From the NCBI GenBank assembly GCA_965263035.1, contig OZ253580.1, positions 4,256,001-4,320,000 of the forward strand: DNA of 64,000 nucleotides, given 5' to 3'. The notes below the pieces were generated by a model. It was not told where the DNA came from, searched no databases, and saw only the letters and a list, made by a program, of their open reading frames with translations. The DNA comes from Acidobacteriota bacterium. GTDB taxonomy: Bacteria > Acidobacteriota > UBA6911 > RPQK01 > JAJDTT01. This document shows, in pieces, positions 27,415 to 36,812 of the stretch. The position numbers and the translations under genes are program-made. Positions within the stretch are counted from its first letter, which is position 1. Each line of letters begins with the position of its first letter.

Positions 27415-28656
27415 ATGCGAACTTTGGAACCTGAAATCCGGCGAATATCCCGGGCGGCGGTGGCCGCGGCTCTGATGATGACGTGGGCCGGATGCTCGCA
27501 ACCGGCCGCCGAAACGGAGCCGGCCGAAGCTGAGGCTGCACCCGACCCGGGCTTGATCCGTCTCGACGCGGAAGCGGTTCGAATCGCCGATATCACGCTC
27601 GCCGACGTGGAAGTCAGAAAACTCGAAAAGGAATTGCAGGTCCCGGGACGGGTCACGGTCAACGAGGACGCTACCGCGCGCGTGGGCTCGTTTACCGAAG
27701 GGGTCGTTGTCGCGTGTTGCGAGTCGGTTGGCACGGACGTCGAAAAGGGACAGGTGATCGCCCGCCTCCACAGCCACGAGGTCCATGACGCCGAAGCCTC
27801 CTACTGGCAGGCCCGGGCCGAGTTGAAACGGCGGCAGACGGAACTGCAGTTCGCTGAGGAGTCTTACCAGCGGGCTTCCCGCCTTCACGAGTTGAAGGCC
27901 GGCTCGCTGCAGCAGGTCCAGGAGGCTCAAACGAAGTTTCGAAGTGCTGAGATGTTTCTCGAGATCGCCAGGGCGGGAGTGGAGCGTTCCGAGAAACACC
28001 TGCTCTACTTGGGCCTCACCCCGGAGCGACTACCGGGAGCGGCCGGCGAGGACCACCGCGCGGATGAAGAGGTACCCTTGATCGAGGTGCGCTCGCCGGT
28101 ATCAGGCACCATCATCGAGCGCATGGTCAGTCCGGGCGCCGTGGTCGCGCCGTCGGATTCGCTTTACGTCATCAGCGACTTGAGGAGCCTGTGGGTGATC
28201 GCTCAGGTCCCCGAGCAGCATCTCTCGTCGCTACGGAACGGACTGGCCGTGGAAGTGTCGGTGCGGGCGTACCCCGGCAAAACTTTTCCGGCTCGCATCA
28301 CCTACATCGGCGACGCACTCGATCCGGAGACGCGAACCGTCGAGGTGCGCTGCGAGTTGAACAACCCCGGCCGGCGGCTCAAGAGAGAGATGTTCGCGAC
28401 GCTCACCATCAGCGCCGGCGGCGGTAGGGAAGTGGTCGTCGCACCGCTTGCGGCGCTGCAGAATGTGGATGGGCAAGAGATCCTGTTCGTGCCGGAGGGA
28501 GAGTATTCCTTTCGAGCGCGCCGGGTCCAGGTCGGCCGGCACTCCGATTCCGTTGTCGAAATCGTGAGCGGGCTGCAGGCGGACGAGAAGGTGGTGGTGA
28601 ACGGCGCCTTCCAACTCAAGTCCGAGTTGCTCAAGGCCCGAATGATTGAAGAGTAG
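27415..28656 (+). CDS. czcB: RND efflux membrane-fusion protein (CzcB/CusB-like)
   Basis: Lipoprotein-like N-terminus, RSPVSG, LDPETRT, VEIVSGL. Confidence 0.85.
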   Translation: MRTLEPEIRRISRAAVAAALMMTWAGCSQPAAETEPAEAEAAPDPGLIRLDAEAVRIADITLADVEVRKLEKELQVPGRVTVNEDATARVGSFTEGVVVACCESVGTDVEKGQVIARLHSHEVHDAEASYWQARAELKRRQTELQFAEESYQRASRLHELKAGSLQQVQEAQTKFRSAEMFLEIARAGVERSEKHLLYLGLTPERLPGAAGEDHRADEEVPLIEVRSPVSGTIIERMVSPGAVVAPSDSLYVISDLRSLWVIAQVPEQHLSSLRNGLAVEVSVRAYPGKTFPARITYIGDALDPETRTVEVRCELNNPGRRLKREMFATLTISAGGGREVVVAPLAALQNVDGQEILFVPEGEYSFRARRVQVGRHSDSVVEIVSGLQADEKVVVNGAFQLKSELLKARMIEE

Positions 28657-28699
28657 CGGCCGCGCCGGTCGGGTCGCGGAGCCCGTCGGCATCTGTAAC

Positions 28700-31600
28700 A
28701 TGCTCAGACGCTTCATCGACTACCACCTCGATCACCATTGGGTCGTCCTGTTCGGCCTGGTGGTGCTCGTTGCGGCCGGCCTCAACGCTCTTTACCGGAT
28801 TCCCATCGACGCGTTTCCGGACCTGACCAACAACCAGGTCACGGTCATCACCAAAGCGCCGGGCATGGCGCCGGTGGAGGTCGAGCAACTGGTGACCTTC
28901 CCGATCGAGTCGGCCATGATGGGCCTTCCCGACACCGAAGAAGTCCGCTCGATTTCCAAACTGGGTCTTTCCTTGGTCACCATTGTTTTTGCTGACAGCG
29001 TGGACAACTATTTCGCGCGGCAGCTCGTCAACGAACGGCTGAACGAAGCGCGCGGCCGGATTCCGGCCGGCCTCGAGCCGGCGTTGGGGCCTTTGGCGAC
29101 GGCCTTCGGCGAGGTGTATCGGTATACGCTCGAAGGTGAACGCTATAGCACGATGGAGCTGAAGACGCTCCACGACTGGGAGATCAAATACCAACTGCGG
29201 GCCGTGCCGGGCGTAGCCGACATCAACACCTGGGGCGGCTACACGCGGCAGTACGAGATCGAGGTGGATCCCTATCGGCTGCGCGCTCACGGGCTGACGC
29301 TCCGTGACGTGTTCGAGCGGGTTCGGGAAAACAACGACAACTTCGGCGGCGGGTTCGTCGAGCATGCCTCCGAGCAGTACACCGTCCGCGGGCTGGGCCG
29401 CGTCAGGAGCGAGCGGGACTTGGGGACGATCGTCCTGGCGGCCCACGAAGGAACTGCGGTCTACCTGCGTGACGTCGCCGAGGTCAAGGTTGGGCAAATG
29501 CCGCGGCAAGGGGCGGTCACGCGCGACGGCAAGGGCGAGACCGTCTCCGGCATGGTGATCATGCTCAGAGGCCAGAACAGCAAGACGGTCATCGAGCGCG
29601 TCAAAAAGGCGCTCGAAGGGATTCGCCGTTCGCTTCCCGAGGGCGTGAAGATCGTTCCCTTCTACGACCAGTCGGTGGTGATCGACGGGACCATCCGCAC
29701 GGTGCGCGAAAATCTGCTCCTGGGCGGGGCGCTGGTAGTGGCGATTCTGTTCTTTTTTCTCGGCAACTTTCGCGCGGCTCTGATCGTGGCGGCGGTGATT
29801 CCGCTGTCCATGCTCTTCGCGTTTCTGGGAATGCGATGGTTCGGCATCACCGCCAATCTGATGAGCCTGGGAGCGATCGACTTCGGCATGATCGTCGACG
29901 GCGCGGTGATCATGGTCGAGAACCATGTGCGGCGTCTGAATGCGCGTCCAAACCACGACGTACCGCTGACCCAGGACGAGAGCCTGGGCCTGGTGCGCAC
30001 GGCGGCGCACCAGGTGTCCCGGCCGATCCTGACGGGCGTCGCCATCATCATCGCGGTTTACGTGCCGATCCTGAGTTTGCAGGGGCTCGAAGGCCGCATG
30101 TATCGTCCCATGGCCGTTACCGTGTGCGCGGCGCTTTTGGGCTCGCTGGTTCTGACCCTGGCAATGGTGCCGGCCGCATCCCGGCTGTTACTGGGACGCA
30201 GCACGAAGAAATCCAGAGAGCCCTTTATGGACCGCGCGCGGGAGGTCTACGGGCGCGTCGTGAACTACGCGCTCGATCACCGGGGGCTTGTGGTCACCGC
30301 GGGCTTGCTTGTGGTCGCCGTCCCCCTGGGCTCGCTGCGCTTCATCGGCACCGAATTCATGCCGCGCCTCGACGAGGGGTCCATGCTGGTTCAGACGCTT
30401 CGGCTTCCCAGCATCTCGTTGTCCGAATCGGTGGACATCGGGCTCGAAGTCGAAAGGACGTTGCTGGAGTTCCCCGAGGTGACCGGCGTAGTCGGCATGC
30501 TGGGCCGGCCCGACCTCGCCACCGAGGCGATGGGCATCTACGAGAGCGACGTGTTCGTGAAGTTGAAGCCGCGTGACCAATGGACCACGGCCGGCACCAA
30601 AGAAGGACTGACGGAAGCCATGGCGGCGGAACTGTCGAAGATTCCCGGGGTCGTCTTCAACTTTACGCAGCCGATGGCGATGCGCCTGGGCGAGACCATT
30701 TCCGGCGTGGAGGCTGACGTCGCGGTCAAGATCTTCGGACCCGACGAGCAAGTGCTCGACCACACGGCCGACGAAGTGCTGCGCGTGCTCGGGCAGGTGC
30801 GCGGTGCCGCCGACGCCCAGAAGCAAGTCTTTTCCGGCGCGGCCGAGTGGCAGGTTGTCGTGGACCGGGACGAACTGGCACGTTACGGCCTCAATGTTTC
30901 GGACGTTCGCGACGTGGTGCAGGCCGCGGTGGGCGGCAAGGCGGTGACGGAAGTCATCGATGGCCGCCGCCGGTTTCAGATCGCCGTTCGATTGCCCGAG
31001 TCCTATCGCAGGGACCGCGACGCGCTCGGCAGCATTCTGCTGGCGGCGCCGGCGGGAGAGCAGGTTCCGTTGGCCCGTGTGGCCGAGATTCGCCGCGCCA
31101 GCGGTCCGGAGGTCGTCCATCGCGAAGACAGCCAGCGCCGTATTGTGGTGCAGTGCAATGTCCGCGGGCGCGATCTGGGCAGTTTCGTCGCCGCAGCGCA
31201 ACGCCGCATTCAAGCGGCCGTGGACCTGCCGGCAGGCTACTACATCACCTGGGGCGGCCAGTTCGAAAACCAGCAGCGGGCCATGCAGCGGATGATTTTG
31301 GTCCTGCCGGCGGTCCTGCTGGTGATCTTCACGCTGTTGTACCTCACGTTCCGATCAGCCAAGCAATCGTCGCTGGTGCTGCTCATCGTTCCGTTCGCCA
31401 CGGTCGGCGGGATCGCCGCGCTGTGGCTGCGGGGAATGAACCTGAATGTTTCGGCCTCGATCGGCTTTATCGCCGTGTTCGGCGTGGCGGTGCTGGACGG
31501 ACTGGTGATGGTCTCGACGACCAACTCCCTGCTGGAACGGGGCCGTCCGCTTCGCGAGGCGGTCGTTGAGGGCGCCGTGACGCGGCTGCGCCCGGTTCTG

Positions 31601-31798
31601 ATGACTTCGTTGGTGGCCAGTCTGGGGTTCCTTCCGATGGCGGTCGCAACTTCGATCGGCGCCGAAGTTCAGCGCCCGCTGGCCACTGTGGTGATCGGCG
31701 GGCTGGTCAGTTCGACGATCCTGACGCTGCTGTTGTTGCCGGCTCTTTACAGTTGGTTCCTGCCCAGGAACAGGGTTTCCAGCATGGAACGGAACTGA
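28700..31798 (+). CDS. czcA: CusA/CzcA heavy-metal efflux RND transporter
   Basis: IDAFPD, NLMSLGAIDFGMIVDG..VEN, RLRPVLMT, QRPLATVVIGG. Confidence 0.92.
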   Translation: MLRRFIDYHLDHHWVVLFGLVVLVAAGLNALYRIPIDAFPDLTNNQVTVITKAPGMAPVEVEQLVTFPIESAMMGLPDTEEVRSISKLGLSLVTIVFADSVDNYFARQLVNERLNEARGRIPAGLEPALGPLATAFGEVYRYTLEGERYSTMELKTLHDWEIKYQLRAVPGVADINTWGGYTRQYEIEVDPYRLRAHGLTLRDVFERVRENNDNFGGGFVEHASEQYTVRGLGRVRSERDLGTIVLAAHEGTAVYLRDVAEVKVGQMPRQGAVTRDGKGETVSGMVIMLRGQNSKTVIERVKKALEGIRRSLPEGVKIVPFYDQSVVIDGTIRTVRENLLLGGALVVAILFFFLGNFRAALIVAAVIPLSMLFAFLGMRWFGITANLMSLGAIDFGMIVDGAVIMVENHVRRLNARPNHDVPLTQDESLGLVRTAAHQVSRPILTGVAIIIAVYVPILSLQGLEGRMYRPMAVTVCAALLGSLVLTLAMVPAASRLLLGRSTKKSREPFMDRAREVYGRVVNYALDHRGLVVTAGLLVVAVPLGSLRFIGTEFMPRLDEGSMLVQTLRLPSISLSESVDIGLEVERTLLEFPEVTGVVGMLGRPDLATEAMGIYESDVFVKLKPRDQWTTAGTKEGLTEAMAAELSKIPGVVFNFTQPMAMRLGETISGVEADVAVKIFGPDEQVLDHTADEVLRVLGQVRGAADAQKQVFSGAAEWQVVVDRDELARYGLNVSDVRDVVQAAVGGKAVTEVIDGRRRFQIAVRLPESYRRDRDALGSILLAAPAGEQVPLARVAEIRRASGPEVVHREDSQRRIVVQCNVRGRDLGSFVAAAQRRIQAAVDLPAGYYITWGGQFENQQRAMQRMILVLPAVLLVIFTLLYLTFRSAKQSSLVLLIVPFATVGGIAALWLRGMNLNVSASIGFIAVFGVAVLDGLVMVSTTNSLLERGRPLREAVVEGAVTRLRPVLMTSLVASLGFLPMAVATSIGAEVQRPLATVVIGGLVSSTILTLLLLPALYSWFLPRNRVSSMERN

Positions 31799-31960
31799 GG
31801 AACAGAGGAAAGAGGAGAGAGTGAGGAAAAGCGGGTATTTTACGCGCAGCGCGGCGCAGACCGGGAAATGGTCTCGTCGAGGACAAGTGAGGCAGATTGG
31901 ATTGAGACCTTGTTTCTTCCATGAATTCGCCGGTGCCCGGCCGGTGAGGGAGCTTCTCCC

Positions 31961-34123
31961 ATGAATCGTAGAAAGTTCCTCGCCCTCTCAAGTACCGCCA
32001 TGACTGCCGGGACCTGGCCCGTGGTTGCCGTGCCGGCGGCTCGGGAACAGCGCCCCGGGTTGTCCAAGGAGTTCCTGCTCGGTGTCGAGTACTACCGGGC
32101 TCCCATGCCTCCACAGGAATTCTGGGACCAGGACTTCGCAGACATCCGGCGTGCCGGTCTGCGCATCGTTCGGACCTTCTCCTACTGGAACTGGATGGAG
32201 CCTCAGCCCGGAAAATACGAGCTGGACGACTTCGACCGGTTATTCGAGCTGGCCCACAAGCACGACCTCCTGGTCTGGTTCGACATGACGCTGGCCACCC
32301 ATGGCGCGGCGCCCGAGTGGATGAGGCGCCGTCATCCCGATATGCGTGTGGTCTCGAGCGAGGGACAGGTCGCGGTTCCCCGGGCCGGCAACGCCGCTCC
32401 CCAGGGCCGGCAGTGGCACTGCTACAATCACCCCAAGTGGAGGGAGTACGGAGGCGCCATTCTCAGAGCGGTGGTGGACCGCTACAAGGACGCGCCGAAC
32501 CTGATCATGTGGAGTGTCTGGGACGGGGTGGCGACGGCGGCCGCGCACTACGGGTTTCCCAAGGGCTGTTATTGCGAGCACTCCATATCGGCCTACCGGG
32601 ATTGGCTGAAACGGCGTTTCAGCCTGGATCAGCTGAACCGGAAACTGCACCGCCGCTATCGGGATTGGGCCGACGTGGAGCCGGCCCGGTCCGATTCGGC
32701 CATCGTGGAAATGATGTTGTGGCAGGAGTTCCAGAACGAAGACCTCCGGGATCAGGTCCGGTGGCAGGTGGAGGTGGTCCGGAGCCTGGACGACCGTCAC
32801 GAGGTCCGCGGTCACGGGGCGCATTTCCCCCGAATCTGGGACGAACTGAGTGCCCGGGAGTTCGATTCCTGGGGATTCTCCTCCCGCAGCAACGACTTTC
32901 TCAGTGGTGACGATCCCTACCACTTTGCCGAAACCTGTTTCGCCACCGACTGGTCGCGCAGCATCGGAACGGGCGGCCGCTGGTGGTACGAGGAGATCTA
33001 TGCCGGGATGAATCCGGGGGGCATGCACCACAAACGGCAGACGACCCCCGAGGAGATCAGCGCCAACATGTGGCTGGCGCTGGCGCGGGGAGGCTCCGGC
33101 GCCCTGTTCTGGCAGTACCGTCCCGAGTACCTGAGCTTCGAGGCGCCGGGTCTGAACCTGGTCTCTCTGGGCGGGGTCCGGTTGCCGCGGCTGGCCGCCG
33201 CGGAAAAGACGATCCAACAAATGAAGCGTGTGCGGCCCCACCTTCCGCTCCGGGTTCCCCGAGCCGAGATGGCCGTCGTCTACCACGAGAAGAGCGACGT
33301 GCTGCACCGTTTGGGCAAGGCCGGAACGGACTATCGGGCGAGCCTCAGGGGCACCTACCGGACACTGTGGGAGCACAACATACCGGTGGACGTGGTCAGT
33401 CCCCGCATGGATTGGGACGGCTATAAGCTGGTCTATCTCCCCCGGACGGCCGTCCTCGATGAGGATCTGGTGGAGAAGGTCAGACGCACCGTAAGCGGCG
33501 CCGGGGGTCCCCGCCTGGTGGCCGACGGACCGTTCGGAACCAACGCCGAGAACGGCCGCTTCAGTTTCGATCCGCCCGAAGGGTTGTCTGAACTGCTGGG
33601 GGTCAAGACCCTGGATCACAGCCGGATCACGGCGAAGGAGATCCGCGACGAGACCAATCGCTTGCGGCTGGAGGGGGGCGAATTCCCCATCGGCCGGGAG
33701 TGCAACTTCATCGGACTGCAACTTGCGGGTCAGGCCCGCCCGGTGGCTTGGCATGGAGATGAGGTGGTCGGGATGCAGACCTCCGGCCGGCGCTTCACCT
33801 GGATCACCCTGTCGCTCTGGGAAGGTCTCGAGAGTCCCGTTCGAGACGAGGTGCTGGTTCCGCTGGTGCGGTCCCTGGGCGTCGATTCGCCGGTCCGCAC
33901 GGAGGGAGACCGGATCATCGTGCAACTGGCCCAGGCCAGAGAGGAGGGCGTGCTGATGTTCCTCTTCAACCTGGAGCCTCGGGCCGCCGAAACCGGCCTG
34001 TCACCCAAATGGAGCTTTTCGAGGGCCCAGGATCTGATCGATGAACACACTGTGCCGGTGCAGGACGGACGTTTCAGGGTTCAGGTGCCGCCCGGCGAAG
34101 TGAAGGTGTTGCACCTCAGCTAG
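31961..34123 (+). CDS. Tat-exported beta-galactosidase-like protein (GH42 family)
   Basis: RRKFL; GVEYY..P..W..D, WMEPQPGKY, CYC, FWQYR, trimerisation-like domain. Confidence 0.8.
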   Translation: MNRRKFLALSSTAMTAGTWPVVAVPAAREQRPGLSKEFLLGVEYYRAPMPPQEFWDQDFADIRRAGLRIVRTFSYWNWMEPQPGKYELDDFDRLFELAHKHDLLVWFDMTLATHGAAPEWMRRRHPDMRVVSSEGQVAVPRAGNAAPQGRQWHCYNHPKWREYGGAILRAVVDRYKDAPNLIMWSVWDGVATAAAHYGFPKGCYCEHSISAYRDWLKRRFSLDQLNRKLHRRYRDWADVEPARSDSAIVEMMLWQEFQNEDLRDQVRWQVEVVRSLDDRHEVRGHGAHFPRIWDELSAREFDSWGFSSRSNDFLSGDDPYHFAETCFATDWSRSIGTGGRWWYEEIYAGMNPGGMHHKRQTTPEEISANMWLALARGGSGALFWQYRPEYLSFEAPGLNLVSLGGVRLPRLAAAEKTIQQMKRVRPHLPLRVPRAEMAVVYHEKSDVLHRLGKAGTDYRASLRGTYRTLWEHNIPVDVVSPRMDWDGYKLVYLPRTAVLDEDLVEKVRRTVSGAGGPRLVADGPFGTNAENGRFSFDPPEGLSELLGVKTLDHSRITAKEIRDETNRLRLEGGEFPIGRECNFIGLQLAGQARPVAWHGDEVVGMQTSGRRFTWITLSLWEGLESPVRDEVLVPLVRSLGVDSPVRTEGDRIIVQLAQAREEGVLMFLFNLEPRAAETGLSPKWSFSRAQDLIDEHTVPVQDGRFRVQVPPGEVKVLHLS

Positions 34124-34156
34124 CTCGAATTTCGCAATGAATTCGAGAGGAAATCG

Positions 34157-35830
34157 ATGCCCCGCGGCCGCGGCCTGTCCTCTTCAACGAACCTGAATCG
34201 CCGCGAGTTCATCGGCGCTGGGGCAGTGGGGACAGCCGCCGCGGCGTCGCCCGCCGCCTGCCGGACGGAGCGTCCCCCCGGCCCTGAGGCGGCGGCTTCG
34301 GCCGTTCCTCCCTTCGAGTTGGACGAGGTCTCCATCCTGGAATTTCAGCGAAGGATGGACTCGGGGCAGGAGACGGCTCGCACCATTGCCGAGAAATACC
34401 TGCGCCGCATCGAGGAGATCGACGGCCAGGGGCCGGCGCTCCGTGCCGTCATCGAAATCAATCCCGAAGCGATCGCCATCGCCGATTCCCTGGATCGGGA
34501 GCGGCGGGAGGCGGGAGTTCGAGGACCGCTGCACGGCATTCCCATCCTGATCAAGGACAACATCGGCACGGCCGACAGGATGACGACCACCGCCGGTTCG
34601 CTGGCGCTCGAGGGGTCCATTCCGGCTCGGGATTCCTTCGTGGCGCGGAAGCTGCGGCAAGCGGGAGCCGTCCTGCTGGGGAAGACCAACCTCAGCGAGT
34701 GGGCCAACTTCCGTTCCACCCGTTCCACCAGCGGCTGGAGTGGACGCGGCGGCCTCACCCGGAATCCTTACGCCCTGGACCGCAACCCCTGTGGATCCAG
34801 CTCCGGCTCCGGGGTGGCCGCGTCGGCCAGCCTCTGTTCCGCCGCCATCGGAACCGAGACCGACGGCTCCATCGTCTGTCCGTCGACGGCCAACGGAATC
34901 GTGGGCATCAAGCCGACCGTGGGACTGGTCAGCCGAACCGGAATCATTCCCATTTCCCACAGTCAGGATACGGCCGGACCCATGGCTCGAACCGTGGCCG
35001 ACGCCGTGGCGGTTCTGGGGGCTCTGACCGGAGTCGATCCCGATGATTCCCACACGGCGGCGAGCCGGGGACGGTCGTACACCGACTACAGCCGATTTCT
35101 GGACCCGTCCGGGCTCCGTGGAGCCCGAATCGGTCTGGTCCGCCGGCTTCTGGGATTTCATCCGGCCGTGGACGGCATCGTCGAAGAGGCGGTTCGGGCC
35201 ATGCGGAACCTGGGAGCGGAGGTCGTAGATCCCGTGGACATCCCGACCTGGGGGGAATGGAGCGAGTCTGAGCGGGAGGTCCTGCACTACGAGTTCAAGG
35301 CCGGGCTGAACGCCTACCTGGCCCAGTTGGGAGGATCGTCACGGGTGAAGTCGCTGAAAGATCTCATCCGGTTCAACGAAGAGAATGCGGATCGCGAGAT
35401 GCCCTACTTCGGCCAGGAACACTTCATTCAGGCCCAGGCGAAGGGACCGTTGAGCGACCGGAGATACCGGGATGCCTTGGCCCGGAATCATCGCCTGAGC
35501 CGAACCGAGGGAATCGACCGGGTGATGGACGAGCACCGGTTGGACGCCCTGCTGGCGCCCACCGGCGGTCCCGCCTGGGTCACCGACCTGGTGAACGGCG
35601 ATTCCTACGGAGGCGGCAGCTCGGGCGGCGCAGCGGTGGCCGGCTACCCCAACGTCGCCGTTCCAGCGGGCTTCGTCCACGGCCTTCCGGTGGGGATCTC
35701 CTTCTTCGGGCGTGCCTGGAGCGAAGGGAAACTCATCCGGCTGGCGTACGCCTTCGAGCAGGCCACCCACGTGCGCCGGCCCCCCCGATTTCGTCCGGCT
35801 GCGGTGGCGATCCAGTGCGCGAAAGGGTAG
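34157..35830 (+). CDS. Tat-exported amidase (amidase signature family)
   Basis: RREFI; GPLHGIPILIKD, GSSSGS, GTETDGS. Confidence 0.92.
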   Translation: MPRGRGLSSSTNLNRREFIGAGAVGTAAAASPAACRTERPPGPEAAASAVPPFELDEVSILEFQRRMDSGQETARTIAEKYLRRIEEIDGQGPALRAVIEINPEAIAIADSLDRERREAGVRGPLHGIPILIKDNIGTADRMTTTAGSLALEGSIPARDSFVARKLRQAGAVLLGKTNLSEWANFRSTRSTSGWSGRGGLTRNPYALDRNPCGSSSGSGVAASASLCSAAIGTETDGSIVCPSTANGIVGIKPTVGLVSRTGIIPISHSQDTAGPMARTVADAVAVLGALTGVDPDDSHTAASRGRSYTDYSRFLDPSGLRGARIGLVRRLLGFHPAVDGIVEEAVRAMRNLGAEVVDPVDIPTWGEWSESEREVLHYEFKAGLNAYLAQLGGSSRVKSLKDLIRFNEENADREMPYFGQEHFIQAQAKGPLSDRRYRDALARNHRLSRTEGIDRVMDEHRLDALLAPTGGPAWVTDLVNGDSYGGGSSGGAAVAGYPNVAVPAGFVHGLPVGISFFGRAWSEGKLIRLAYAFEQATHVRRPPRFRPAAVAIQCAKG

Positions 35831-35878
35831 GGTAAAATCGCTGACTCAAGACACCGACATGCACGGGCGGAGACAACC

Positions 35879-36103
35879 ATGACCGACAAGCTCATCGACA
35901 GGAACCCGGACATCCTGGGCGGGACTCCCGTGTTCTCGGGTACGAGGGTTCCGGTGCGGATACTGATGGAGCATCTCGAAGCGGGCGACCGACTCGACGA
36001 GTTTCTGGATGACTACCCCACGGTATCGAGGAAGCAGGCCGTCGAACTGCTCGAACGTGCAACGACGATACTGGTGAGTTATGCCAATGAAGGTGCTGCT
36101 TGA
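35879..36103 (+). CDS. DUF433 antitoxin
   Basis: PDILGGTPVFSGTRVPV...DYPT. Confidence 0.9.
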   Translation: MTDKLIDRNPDILGGTPVFSGTRVPVRILMEHLEAGDRLDEFLDDYPTVSRKQAVELLERATTILVSYANEGAA

Positions 36104-36413
36104 CGAATCCACCCCACGGCGGCTTGCCTTGTCGTTTCCCGGTTCGATTGAAACACGCACGGTGCAGCAGATGGGTTGGGCGGGTTGCGCGAACGGGGAG
36201 TTGCTGCGCCTCGCGGCGGAGCATGGATTCGATGCCCTCGTCACGGTCGATAAGGGTTTCGCGTATCAGCAGAACGTCAACGAACTTCCGATCCCGGTCG
36301 TCATCATGATTGCCGGTCGCACTCGATTGCAGGAATTGCAACCCCTTGTCGCGGAGGTGATCGCTGTTCTCTCAAGCGGTCTCGGGCGCCAAATCTACCA
36401 TGTTGCAGTCTGA
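36087..36413 (+). CDS. DUF5615 PIN-domain toxin (VapC45-like)
   Basis: MKVLLDE..P, GW.G..NGELL, LVTVDK; overlaps the DUF433 gene. Confidence 0.85.
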   Translation: MKVLLDESTPRRLALSFPGSIETRTVQQMGWAGCANGELLRLAAEHGFDALVTVDKGFAYQQNVNELPIPVVIMIAGRTRLQELQPLVAEVIAVLSSGLGRQIYHVAV

Positions 36414-36522
36414 GTGTATGGGTTAGCAGTCCGTGGCCCTCGCTCTTTGCCCGCCGGAATGTCAGGGAGGGTCACCAGAAGGAACCAAGAAGGGGACAGT
36501 GTATGTCTCGGGCATCATCTTG

Positions 36523-36669
36523 CCGGCGGGCTTCGTCCACAGTCTTCCGGTGGGGGTCTCCTTCTTCGGGCGTGCCTAGAGCGAAGGGAATCTCATCCGA
36601 CTGGCGTACGCTTTCGAGCAGGCTATCCACGTGTGCCGGCCGCCGCAATTCCGTCCGGCTGCCGTTTAA
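36523..36669 (+). pseudogene. Diverged duplicate of the amidase 3' end
   Basis: PAGFVHSLPVGVSFFGRA*SEGNLIRLAYAFEQA matches about 35663-35805, with W changed to a stop. Confidence 0.9.
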
Positions 36670-36679
36670 CACGCCCTTC

Positions 36680-36812
36680 GCGTGGGGGCGGGGGTTTGCA
36701 ACCCCGTGCGGGCGGGGGTTTGTAACCCTCGATTCCGGAGCGGCGATGAAGAGGGGGACTACAAGTCCCCCCTCCCAGGCGATAAAGAGGGGGACTAAGA
36801 GTTCCCCCTCCG
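36680..36812. repeat. Cluster of REP-like palindromes between convergent genes
   Basis: GGCGGGGGTTTG.AACCC twice; GAGGGGGACTA.AAGT.CCCCCTCC twice. Confidence 0.7.

Noticed and set aside
35663-36669. Duplicated gene ends as DGR template/variable repeats
   Set aside because: Differences are not adenine-specific, and no reverse transcriptase is in the window.
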